The notes under the pieces were generated by a model that did no database searches, was not told the origin of the DNA, and saw only the letters and a list, made by a program, of their open reading frames with translations. A DNA stretch of 64,000 nucleotides from Eubacteriales bacterium (GTDB lineage: Bacteria; Bacillota; Clostridia; Oscillospirales; CAG-272), in contig JAZUBT010000007.1 in assembly GCA_045638685.1 (NCBI GenBank), positions 59,057-123,056 of the forward strand, given 5' to 3'. Below are positions 17,951 through 26,037 of the stretch, piece after piece. Each line of letters starts with the position of its first letter. Within the stretch, counting starts at the first letter, position 1. A program made the translations under genes and the position numbers.

Positions 17951-20413
17951 TTAAAGTAATTCTTCCGCGTACCTTACCGCTTCCATAGCGTCTGCCGCGT
18001 ACTTATCTGCGCCCATTTCTCTTGCGTATTCCTCGGTGAGCACGGCGCCGCCCACCATTACCTTACAGTCGGGAGCCTTTTCCCTCAAAAGCTTAACCGT
18101 TTTCGTCATTTCGGGAACCGTGGTAGTCATAAGCGCGCTAAGTCCGACGAGACGCGCTCCTTCTGATAAAGCCGCGCCGACAACCGTTTCGGGGGAAATG
18201 TCCTTGCCGAGATCAATTACATCGTAGTCGTAATTCTCAAGCAGAACCTTAACTATATTTTTACCTATATCGTGAACATCACCCTTAACGGTGGCTATTA
18301 CTATTTTATATTTCTTTTCTCTCTGCTCGCCGCTCTCGGAAAGCTTATTTTTAATTACCTCGAACGCCGCCTTTGCCGCCTCTGCGCTCATAAGAAGCTC
18401 GGGCAAAAAGGCTTTTTTGCTTTCAAAGGCTCTGCCTATCTCGTCAAGCGCCGGAACTATACAGAGGTTAATAACCGTAAGCGGAGATTTTACGGTGAGA
18501 AGCGTTTCGGAAAGCTCGCTCGCTTCCTCCTTAAGTCCCTTAACAACCGCTCTTTTAAGTCTCTCTTCTACCGTTAGTTCTATCGGTTTTTCTGCTACCT
18601 CTGTTTTGTTTTTGACCGTAGCAGCTTCGGTATAAGCCATGTATTTTTCAAACCTCTCGTCCTTATTCGTAAGCGCGAGGTAAGAATAGTATGCATCAAG
18701 CATTTCCCCCGAATAAGGGTTCATTATCGCGGCATTAAGTCCTGCTGAAAGTGCCATTGTAAAGAAGGTTGAATTGATTATATTTCTGCTTGGAAGTCCA
18801 AACGATACGTTAGAAACGCCGAGACTCGTTTTAATTCCAAGCTCGGATAGCTTCTTTACTGCTTCGAGCGTAACAAGAGCCGACGCAGGAGATGCGCTTA
18901 CCGTCATCGCAAGCGGATCAACGACTATATCCTTTTTCTCTATGCCATATTTTTCTGCTTCTTTAATAATTTTCTTCGCAATCCGCACTCGACCAGCGGC
19001 TGTATCCGGAATGCCGTTTTCGTCAAGCGTAAGCGCGATAAGAGTACCGCCGTATCTTGCGACTAACGGAAAAACCGCGTCCATGCTTTCCTTTTTGCCG
19101 TTTACCGAGTTAACAAGCGGCTTACCGTTATAAATACGCATAGCACCTTCCATAGCGGCAGCATCCGCCGTGTCTATCTGAAGCGGAAGGCTTGTAACTG
19201 CGGAAAGCTCCTTTACGGCGCGCATTAGCGTCGCTTTTTCGTCAATTTCGGGAAGGCCTACGTTTACGTCGAGAATATCGGCACCTGCCTCCTCCTCTTT
19301 TATTCCCTCGTTTAAAATGTAGTTAAAATCACCCTCGCGGAGAGCCTTTTTAAATGCGGACTTTCCCGTAGGATTTATGCGCTCACCGATAAGCACGGGG
19401 CTATCTCCAATAACAACTCTGTGCGTATAAGAGGAAACCGCCGTTACATTTTTCTTTTCGGGGTAGCTGTACGGAAGCCCTTCCGTCTTTTCCCTCGTCT
19501 TTTTTATGTATGTCGGAGCGGTTCCGCAGCAGCCGCCGAGAACCGTCGCTCCGAGGCTGCACATTTTAACCATAATGTCCGAGAAGGCTTCCGCGTCAAC
19601 GTCAAAGCGCGTTTCTCCGTCCTTTATGCTCGGAAGTCCCGCGTTTGGGTTTACAATTACAGGCAGAGACGAGCACTCAATAAGCTCCTTTGCGATAGGG
19701 AGCATTTTTTCAGGGCCAAGACTGCAGTTTATACCGAGAGCGTCAACCCGCAGTCCCTCAAGCATCGTAACCATTGCGGCGGGAGACGCACCTGTAATAA
19801 GCTTCCCGCCTTCGTCATACGCATTGGTTACAAACACGGGAAGCGCGGAGTTTTCCTTTGCGGCGATAACCGCCGCCTTTGTTTCGTAGCAGTCGTTCAA
19901 CGTTTCAATAAGTATAAGGTCCGCTCCATATTTAACTCCAAGCCTTACCGTTTCAGCAAAGAGAGATACGGCGTCCTCGAATTTAAAATCACCGATAGGC
20001 TCAAGGAGCTTTCCCGACGGTCCTATATCGAGAGCAACGTATTTTCCCATACTCTTGCCCGAAGCCTCGTAGTACCGTTTTATCGCTTTTTTTGCGTTGC
20101 TTATTGCCGAGGAAATAACATTTTCAAGACAGAATTTGTCATTACCGAGACTGTATTTCAGATAATTTGCTCCAAACGTGTTGGTTTTCAGAATATCGGC
20201 TCCGCTGCAAAGATACTCGTAATGCAGGTCGGTTATTATCTCCGGGTGAGTAATATTCCACTTTTCGGGAAGCTCTCCCTTTTGAAGTCCCTTCGACTGA
20301 AGAAGGGTGCCGTAGCCTCCGTCAAAATAAAGTCTCTCTACCTTAAGCCTTGAAAGTATATCCATCTTTTTACCCTTTTCATTAGATTTTCCGAGCAAAC
20401 CCGCTTCTGTCAA
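17951..20413 (-). CDS. metH: Cobalamin-dependent methionine synthase MetH, short form without the AdoMet reactivation domain
   Basis: Homocysteine-binding, pterin-binding and B12-binding modules are present (GDVHDIGKN DxHxxG motif). Length is 804-820 aa. The likely true start is the MDILSRL Met at 20365. Confidence 0.93.
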   Translation of the reverse strand: MTEAGLLGKSNEKGKKMDILSRLKVERLYFDGGYGTLLQSKGLQKGELPEKWNITHPEIITDLHYEYLCSGADILKTNTFGANYLKYSLGNDKFCLENVISSAISNAKKAIKRYYEASGKSMGKYVALDIGPSGKLLEPIGDFKFEDAVSLFAETVRLGVKYGADLILIETLNDCYETKAAVIAAKENSALPVFVTNAYDEGGKLITGASPAAMVTMLEGLRVDALGINCSLGPEKMLPIAKELIECSSLPVIVNPNAGLPSIKDGETRFDVDAEAFSDIMVKMCSLGATVLGGCCGTAPTYIKKTREKTEGLPYSYPEKKNVTAVSSYTHRVVIGDSPVLIGERINPTGKSAFKKALREGDFNYILNEGIKEEEAGADILDVNVGLPEIDEKATLMRAVKELSAVTSLPLQIDTADAAAMEGAMRIYNGKPLVNSVNGKKESMDAVFPLVARYGGTLIALTLDENGIPDTAAGRVRIAKKIIKEAEKYGIEKKDIVVDPLAMTVSASPASALVTLEAVKKLSELGIKTSLGVSNVSFGLPSRNIINSTFFTMALSAGLNAAIMNPYSGEMLDAYYSYLALTNKDERFEKYMAYTEAATVKNKTEVAEKPIELTVEERLKRAVVKGLKEEASELSETLLTVKSPLTVINLCIVPALDEIGRAFESKKAFLPELLMSAEAAKAAFEVIKNKLSESGEQREKKYKIVIATVKGDVHDIGKNIVKVLLENYDYDVIDLGKDISPETVVGAALSEGARLVGLSALMTTTVPEMTKTVKLLREKAPDCKVMVGGAVLTEEYAREMGADKYAADAMEAVRYAEELL

Positions 20414-20442
20414 ATTGCTCGGGAATATTTTATGTATTTTTC

Positions 20443-21342
20443 TTATTTTTTCGGTATGATTTCCGAAAGGTTGCTTTGAATAGCTGCCGCGACCTCGGGT
20501 TTGTTCATCGAATAAACGTGAACTGCGTTTATACCGTTTGCAAGTAGGTCTATTATCTGATCGGTAGAATAAGCGATTCCCGCCTGCATCATAGCGCGCG
20601 GATTTGTACCAAAGTGATCGACAAGCGCCTTGAAGCGCTGCGGCATATGTGAGCCGGACAGCTTTATGGCTCTTTCCACCTGCTTTGCGTTGGTTATAGG
20701 CATAATGCCTGCGACAACGGGAACGGTAATTCCCGCCTCGCGTATTTTATACATAAAGTTATAAAATAGGTTATTGTCAAAAAACATCTGTGTTGTTAAA
20801 AACTCACAGCCTGCGTCAATTTTTTCTTTAAGATATTTAATATCTTCCTTTTGACACGCGCTTTCCGGATGCACCTCGGGGTAACACGCGCCACCTATAC
20901 AGAAATCCTCCCCGCTCTCTTTAAGCTCGCGGACAAGCTCTGCGGCGTGACTGTAATGCCATTCGCTTTTGTCGTCGTTTTTCATGCTCTCAGGAATATC
21001 TCCGCGAAGCGCAAGAACGTTTTTGATGCCGGCAGACGCCATATCCGTTATCCTTTCACGTACCGTTTCTCTTGACGAGGAAACACAGGTAAGATGCGCG
21101 ATAACAGGAACCTCGTATCTCTCCTCGATGTCCCTTGCAATATCAAGCGTATATTTGCTTGTGCCACCGCCCGCGCCGTAGGTTACGCTCATAAAATCGG
21201 GTTTAAGCACCGCAATATGCTCGGCAGCGTCCTTTACCGTTTCGTACGTGTCGCTCGTTTTCGGCGGAAACACCTCGAACGAGAGTGTCGGAGACTGTTT
21301 TTTAAAAAGCTCGGAGATTTTCATTTTCGGTTTTCCTTTCAT
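20443..21342 (-). CDS. metF: Methylenetetrahydrofolate reductase MetF
   Basis: SFEVFPPKT, VTYGAGGGT and ALRGD motifs. The likely start is MKISELF (21324), preceded by AAAGGAAAA. A TTGATT-17-TGnTATAAT promoter lies at about 21361-21389. Confidence 0.92.
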   Translation of the reverse strand: MKGKPKMKISELFKKQSPTLSFEVFPPKTSDTYETVKDAAEHIAVLKPDFMSVTYGAGGGTSKYTLDIARDIEERYEVPVIAHLTCVSSSRETVRERITDMASAGIKNVLALRGDIPESMKNDDKSEWHYSHAAELVRELKESGEDFCIGGACYPEVHPESACQKEDIKYLKEKIDAGCEFLTTQMFFDNNLFYNFMYKIREAGITVPVVAGIMPITNAKQVERAIKLSGSHMPQRFKALVDHFGTNPRAMMQAGIAYSTDQIIDLLANGINAVHVYSMNKPEVAAAIQSNLSEIIPKK

Positions 21343-21527
21343 AAAAAAGGCTTTTTTCTAATTATATCATATTTTACGCTGAAAATCAATTCTTTAAGGA
21401 GATTTTATATGCTTTTTTGCAAAAAGACGGTTATTTTCTTTTTACAAATAAAAACGGGAGGTTAATAACCTCCCCTACAAATTTTGCGAAAAGAAAATCC
21501 GAAGATCGATAACCTCACCTTTACGTT

Positions 21528-21698
21528 TTAGCGCTCCTCTTTCTTTACAAGAACGTATTTGGGATTTCTGATGAGTACGCCTTCTTTAGTAATCAGAATT
21601 TCCACATCTTTATCAAGGTTAAAAAGCTTTCTTATTTCTTTAGGGATACAAATTCTCCCCATACAGTCTATCTCTTTTCTAACACCAATGTTTTCCAT
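21528..21698 (-). CDS. AbrB/SpoVT-domain DNA-binding protein (56 aa, below the ORF-track cut-off)
   Basis: Translation is MENIGVRKEIDCMGRICIPKEIRKLFNLDKDVEILITKEGVLIRNPKYVLVKKEER. GRIxIPKEIR is the swapped-hairpin AbrB motif. SD GAGG lies 8 nt upstream. Confidence 0.7.
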   Translation of the reverse strand: MENIGVRKEIDCMGRICIPKEIRKLFNLDKDVEILITKEGVLIRNPKYVLVKKEER

Positions 21699-21959
21699 TT
21701 TTTAACCTCGTTTTCTTAAAATAAAAAATGCGACAACCGAAGCTGCCGCACAAAACACAAACTCCGATTCGTCGCTCAACAAACCCTACGCAAACGGTAC
21801 TTTGATACCCTTATACACAGTTGGAATTTGTATTTTTCCTAGTCTTTCTGTATATAAGGACAAAATGGGCATAGTTATCCCTTGTTCAAAATAAACGCGT
21901 TTGCTAATATTTAGTTTGTTGAGCATTGATATTATAACACAAAAGAAAACCTTTGTCAA
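21699..21959 (-). promoter_or_regulatory. Promoter plus ~225-nt structured leader with an intrinsic terminator upstream of the AbrB-like gene
   Basis: TTGACA-17-TATAAT at 21931-21959. An 11-bp long-range helix pairs 21914-21924 with 21774-21784. There is a 12-bp inner helix CCTTATATACAG/CTGTGTATAAGG. The terminator GCGGCAGC-UUCG-GUUGUCGC plus U-run lies at 21717-21749. Confidence 0.6.
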
Positions 21960-22425
21960 GATAAAAAATTCGTGTCTTTTCGTGGTTTTTCGACTTTTTG
22001 CAGCATAGAGGCCGTACCCTTACTATCTTTTCAGAAAATTTTATCCCGCGATTCGAAAAGCACCCACCTCGGAGAAAAACCGCCGTGCTCCACCCCGCGA
22101 TTTGAATGTAACCTTTGGGTTCATTCAAAAAATCAGCCGTGCTTTTTGGCTGATTTAGCGGATAGCAAGGCTTAAAATTTCCACCTTTACGGAAAAACAA
22201 AGGCTACGTTTTTCAAAATTCGCTACGACGAAATTTTGAAAAAATGCCGCCGTGGGGTTGGCGGCATTAGTACGCAGCAAGGCCGGGCTTTTCCACCCAC
22301 GCTCTTTTTTCTTTTGGTGCCTTTTCTTTTTTCTTCGGAGAAACAAGAAAAGACACGAAAAAATAAATCGAAATCTCAAAATTCCTCCTGATTTAAATTA
22401 AAAGCCTGTAAAAAGCACCGGAAAT

Positions 22426-23418
22426 TTATCCGATGCCTTTTTCCGCAAGGTAGCTTTCGTACGCCTTCTTTAAATTCTCCGCAATGCTTATACGCAGAGC
22501 CTTCGGGTATATAACCTCTATATCGCTGCAAAGCCCGAGCGCAAAGGATTTAAACGCCTCCGCCTCGCAGTAAACCTGCATTTCTACCTTACCTCTGAAA
22601 TCCCTTATCGCCTCGGCGCTTTCTCCAAAGCTTTCATATACTCTTTCAAGGGCGTTCTGCCCTGCGATAAATACTATTCTCTCCTTTTTATCAAAATACG
22701 GTCTTTCCGCTTCAACCTTGTTATAAGGAAGATAGCCGTCGTAGGAGATGAGTGCGCTTTTTCCTACTATGTCGGTTACCGTAAGGTCGTACATTTTGTC
22801 AATCGGGAAATACATATATCTTCCGCTGTCTCCTATCGCGCCGAGCAGCTTAAAGCCGCCTCCGGTGCTTATAACCGTTTCGGGATTTACAAGGTACTCG
22901 ATAACCTGACCGCGCTCGTCTCTTTTAAGTCTAATCTTTCCGTTCTTTTGATAAATAATAACCGAAAAGCTAAGCATTTTTCTTTCCTTTATTGCTCCGA
23001 GCACTACCGAAAGCTTTTCCCTGCACGAGCTATGGTTAACCGTGCTTCTGCCCGCAAAAATCACCTTTTGATACACACCGAAATCGCCAACCTGCGCTGT
23101 CAGCTTTTTAAGTATTTCCGCGCCCTCGCTTTTGGGCACGTTAGGGTTTATTGCTATACTTTCGGCAAGCATTTCCTTTTCTCTTTCGGTAAAAATACGC
23201 TCGGCGCGCCAAAAACGCTTGTCCGTTTCCGAAATATCGGCAAGACCGTAGCTCATAAGCAAGAGAAGGTTGCGTTTAACCGTTTTTCTGTCAACCTCCC
23301 AGTTAAACTCCGTTTTAAGAAGCCTCGTTATCTCGCTTACGCTGATACCGTCTCCCCTATCTCCGTATTTTTTCAGGATCTCAAGTATAAACCACTGCGT
23401 TCTTCTTTTGTCGGACAT
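22426..23418 (-). CDS. WYL-domain transcriptional regulator (wHTH-WYL-WCX architecture)
   Basis: 330 aa. N-terminal wHTH (ISVSEITRLLKTEFNWEVDRKTVKRNL), a central WYL-like segment (LSFSVIIYQKNG...FKLLGAIGDSGRYMYFPIDKMYDL), and a C-terminal tail with IEVIYPKALR. Confidence 0.7.
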   Translation of the reverse strand: MSDKRRTQWFILEILKKYGDRGDGISVSEITRLLKTEFNWEVDRKTVKRNLLLLMSYGLADISETDKRFWRAERIFTEREKEMLAESIAINPNVPKSEGAEILKKLTAQVGDFGVYQKVIFAGRSTVNHSSCREKLSVVLGAIKERKMLSFSVIIYQKNGKIRLKRDERGQVIEYLVNPETVISTGGGFKLLGAIGDSGRYMYFPIDKMYDLTVTDIVGKSALISYDGYLPYNKVEAERPYFDKKERIVFIAGQNALERVYESFGESAEAIRDFRGKVEMQVYCEAEAFKSFALGLCSDIEVIYPKALRISIAENLKKAYESYLAEKGIG

Positions 23419-23649
23419 TTCTTTTCCCTCCGTTTTTTCACTGTGTTTTTCCTTTTACACTCATATTATATCACAGCAACTGTACTATAAATGGGATAGT
23501 TTCACTCAATTGATTTTAAAGGCAACGGCGGTAGAGCCCTCCCGCCGTTTATCGCACAGTAAAGCATTCTATGCACCATTTTTTTGCTTTAATTTACGGG
23601 TGTATTACGTTTAAACCTTATTTTTCCTTACTTTTTATTTTAAAAATTA

Positions 23650-23678
23650 TTGAAATATTCATAATATTTTTATATAAT
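23650..23678 (+). promoter_or_regulatory. Sigma-A type promoter of the ABC pair
   Basis: TTGAAA, 17 nt spacer, TATAAT. SD AAAGGAGG at 23702-23709, TTG start at 23719. Confidence 0.6.
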
Positions 23679-23718
23679 AAAGGTATAACGAAAATAACAT
23701 CAAAGGAGGTAAGTAATT

Positions 23719-26037
23719 TTGTCATTACTTCAGTTAAAAGACATTGGAAAGATTTACGTTTCAGAGGGTAACGTTTCGGTTGGTATCAGAGGCGTAAATC
23801 TAAGCTTTGACAAGGGTGAGTTCGTCGCCATAACCGGTGCCTCCGGTTCGGGTAAATCTACCCTTCTTAATGTCATAAGCGGTATGGACACATATGAGGA
23901 AGGCGAGCTGTTTATTGAAAACGAGCCCACCTCGCACTTTATGCAACCCGATTGGGAGGAATACAGAAAGAAATACATATCCTTTATATTTCAAGAGTAC
24001 AACATAATTGAAAGCTACACGGTGCTTCAGAACGTTGAGCTTTCCCTTATGCACATTGAAAACAAGAAAGAGCGCCGCGCACGGGCAATAGAGCTCCTTA
24101 ACCGCGTCGGAATGGGCTCTCATCTTAAGCATAAGGGCAGTAAGCTCTCCGGCGGACAAAAGCAGCGTACCGTTATCGCCCGCGCGCTTGCCAAGGACAG
24201 CCCTATTATCCTTGCTGACGAGCCGACGGGTAACCTTGACTCGGCAACCTCTGCGGAGATTATCGAGCTTATGAAGGAAATCGCGAGAGATAAGCTTCTT
24301 ATCGTGGTAACCCATAACTTTGAGCAGGTTGAGGACTACGCTACCCGTCATATAAGAGTTTACGACGGAGCCATTGAGTCAGATCAGGCTCTCCGTCCCG
24401 CTGAAAAGGTTACGGAGCCGTCCGAGGAGGCAGCCCCGAGAAAGAATAAACGCAAGAAGATGTCCGATTTTAAAAACGGACTTACTCTCGGAGGCGCTAT
24501 CTTCAAGGCAACGCCGAAGCTTTCCTTCTTTATGTGCCTGCTTATGCTTGTGGGTACACTCGGTATCTTCTTGTCTATTGCCACCTTCGGTAACTTTACC
24601 GATATGTTTAAGCCCTCGTATATGTTTAATAACATTGAAGGACGCGTTGTTCTCGTTAAACGGACGGGCGATGTTATAAAGAAAAGTGAGCTTGAAGATA
24701 TCAAAACGAAATACGGCGCAAAGAGCTACATTCATTTCGATTCTCTGCTTGACAAAAATATGTCAAACGACTGGCGCGGCGGAATCAGCTACGAAAAGCC
24801 AAACGGAAGCAAGCCGCGAATCGAAGCAAACTACGTTTTCGGTGAGAATATTACTCCCTCTGTCGGACGTCTTCCCGAAAAGGAAAACGAGCTTCTTCTC
24901 TCTCTTCCTATAAGCTATCAGACATTGTTCGGAAAAACCGAGCTTATAATAACCGAGGTAGAAATCGGCGATATGGAATATAAGGTAGTCGGTGTTCACT
25001 ACTACGCCGACAACAACCTTACTCCAAAGGCGCTTCTTTCCGAAAGCGGCTTTAAGTTTATGTCGGTTTACAACAAGTCCTTTAGCTCCGACAATACGGC
25101 ATATAGCGATCTCAATATGTATTTCAACGCTTACTTCTGGGATACAAGCGATAACAAAGAAACGCAGCAGTCTTATAACAGCAACGACGAATACATTTAC
25201 AAAGAATCTATAACGATTTCCTTTGACGAAAGCATTGTCCCGAACGGTAAAATAGCTATTTGCGACTCGTCCTATCTTGATTGGAAAGAGGCCGCCGGCG
25301 TTGACGTGTCGGAAATAACCCAAATCTTACGCTTTAACTACAATTACAGCACTTACACCGGATATGAGCCCAAATCCGAGAGTTTTAAAAAGACTATTTC
25401 CGAGGATAAGCTGGTATTTAACGAAACGAATACCGTTACGGGCGCGAGAATTATTTTCAGCCCCGCGGCTCTTATCGAGATTATGGAGGAATATTTAAGC
25501 GTTTCCTACGCTCAGGCGTCCGTTTTCTTTGAAAATGACGCAGAGGCTGCCGCCGCTGCGGAAAAGCTCAACGCCGAAGGATACCTTGCGGTTCCCGCAA
25601 ACACCACCTACGAGCCCGATCCGATGAGCATGATTTCAAGCACCTTGAACTGTATTTTCACGCTTATTATCTTCGTATTTATCACCGTGTTCCTTGCGTT
25701 CTTTATTAACCTTTGCTCGTCGAGAACCTTAAGTGCGTTCAAGAGCGATATGGCGATAATGCGTTCTATGGGTATAACGGTAAGCGTTATAAAGGCGGGA
25801 ATGTACGTAAGAATGTTCGTTTCCCTTATCCCCGCATTTATTTTACTTGCCGTATGTCCTTACTTTATTTACACCTCTCCCACAATAAACGGCTTTTTCA
25901 CCTATCTTTACCCCTATCAGTACGTTATCATAGCCGTATGTATGATTTTACTTACATATATGGTAACGCGTAAGCAGGTCAAAAAGCTGTTTAAGGAAAG
26001 CGTTAAAAAATCCCTGAAAGGAGGTAACGCAGAATGA
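23719..26037 (+). CDS. MacB-type ABC protein: N-terminal ATPase fused to an FtsX-type permease (ectodomain ~330 aa)
   Basis: Walker [29 protein letters not shown]. Then TM1, a large ectodomain and three C-terminal TMs (FtsX domain). Confidence 0.85.
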   Translation: MSLLQLKDIGKIYVSEGNVSVGIRGVNLSFDKGEFVAITGASGSGKSTLLNVISGMDTYEEGELFIENEPTSHFMQPDWEEYRKKYISFIFQEYNIIESYTVLQNVELSLMHIENKKERRARAIELLNRVGMGSHLKHKGSKLSGGQKQRTVIARALAKDSPIILADEPTGNLDSATSAEIIELMKEIARDKLLIVVTHNFEQVEDYATRHIRVYDGAIESDQALRPAEKVTEPSEEAAPRKNKRKKMSDFKNGLTLGGAIFKATPKLSFFMCLLMLVGTLGIFLSIATFGNFTDMFKPSYMFNNIEGRVVLVKRTGDVIKKSELEDIKTKYGAKSYIHFDSLLDKNMSNDWRGGISYEKPNGSKPRIEANYVFGENITPSVGRLPEKENELLLSLPISYQTLFGKTELIITEVEIGDMEYKVVGVHYYADNNLTPKALLSESGFKFMSVYNKSFSSDNTAYSDLNMYFNAYFWDTSDNKETQQSYNSNDEYIYKESITISFDESIVPNGKIAICDSSYLDWKEAAGVDVSEITQILRFNYNYSTYTGYEPKSESFKKTISEDKLVFNETNTVTGARIIFSPAALIEIMEEYLSVSYAQASVFFENDAEAAAAAEKLNAEGYLAVPANTTYEPDPMSMISSTLNCIFTLIIFVFITVFLAFFINLCSSRTLSAFKSDMAIMRSMGITVSVIKAGMYVRMFVSLIPAFILLAVCPYFIYTSPTINGFFTYLYPYQYVIIAVCMILLTYMVTRKQVKKLFKESVKKSLKGGNAE

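Noticed and set aside
19421-20353. Long antisense ORFs opposite confident genes (19421..20353, 37620..38354, 59603..60382, 61927..62589, 12990..13595, 16838..17368, 22948..23490)
   Set aside because: These are shadow ORFs on the opposite strand of strongly supported genes (metH, potA, nadE, galE, sufC, the ECF-S fusion and the WYL regulator). Their translations are low-complexity and Arg/Ser/Leu-rich, and I recognise no motifs in them.
21469-21484. Exact 16-mer CCTCCCCTACAAATTT shared by the hairpin regions at 21469-21484 and 29453-29468
   Set aside because: My rough estimate is that a 64-kb window searched on both strands yields about one chance 16-mer match (~4e9 pairs versus 4^16). The two hairpins are otherwise unrelated.
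21343-21527. Expected SAM riboswitch or T-box upstream of metF
   Set aside because: The interval contains only a terminator hairpin and a promoter. There is no SAM-I/II, T-box or cobalamin consensus and too little space for one.
22311-22320. TTTTGGTGCC as a distal copy of the tRNA-Leu att core marking the far end of an island
   Set aside because: Only 10 nt match, and just 7 of them (TGGTGCC) lie within the 18-nt core. That is well within chance expectation, so the island boundary remains unsupported.
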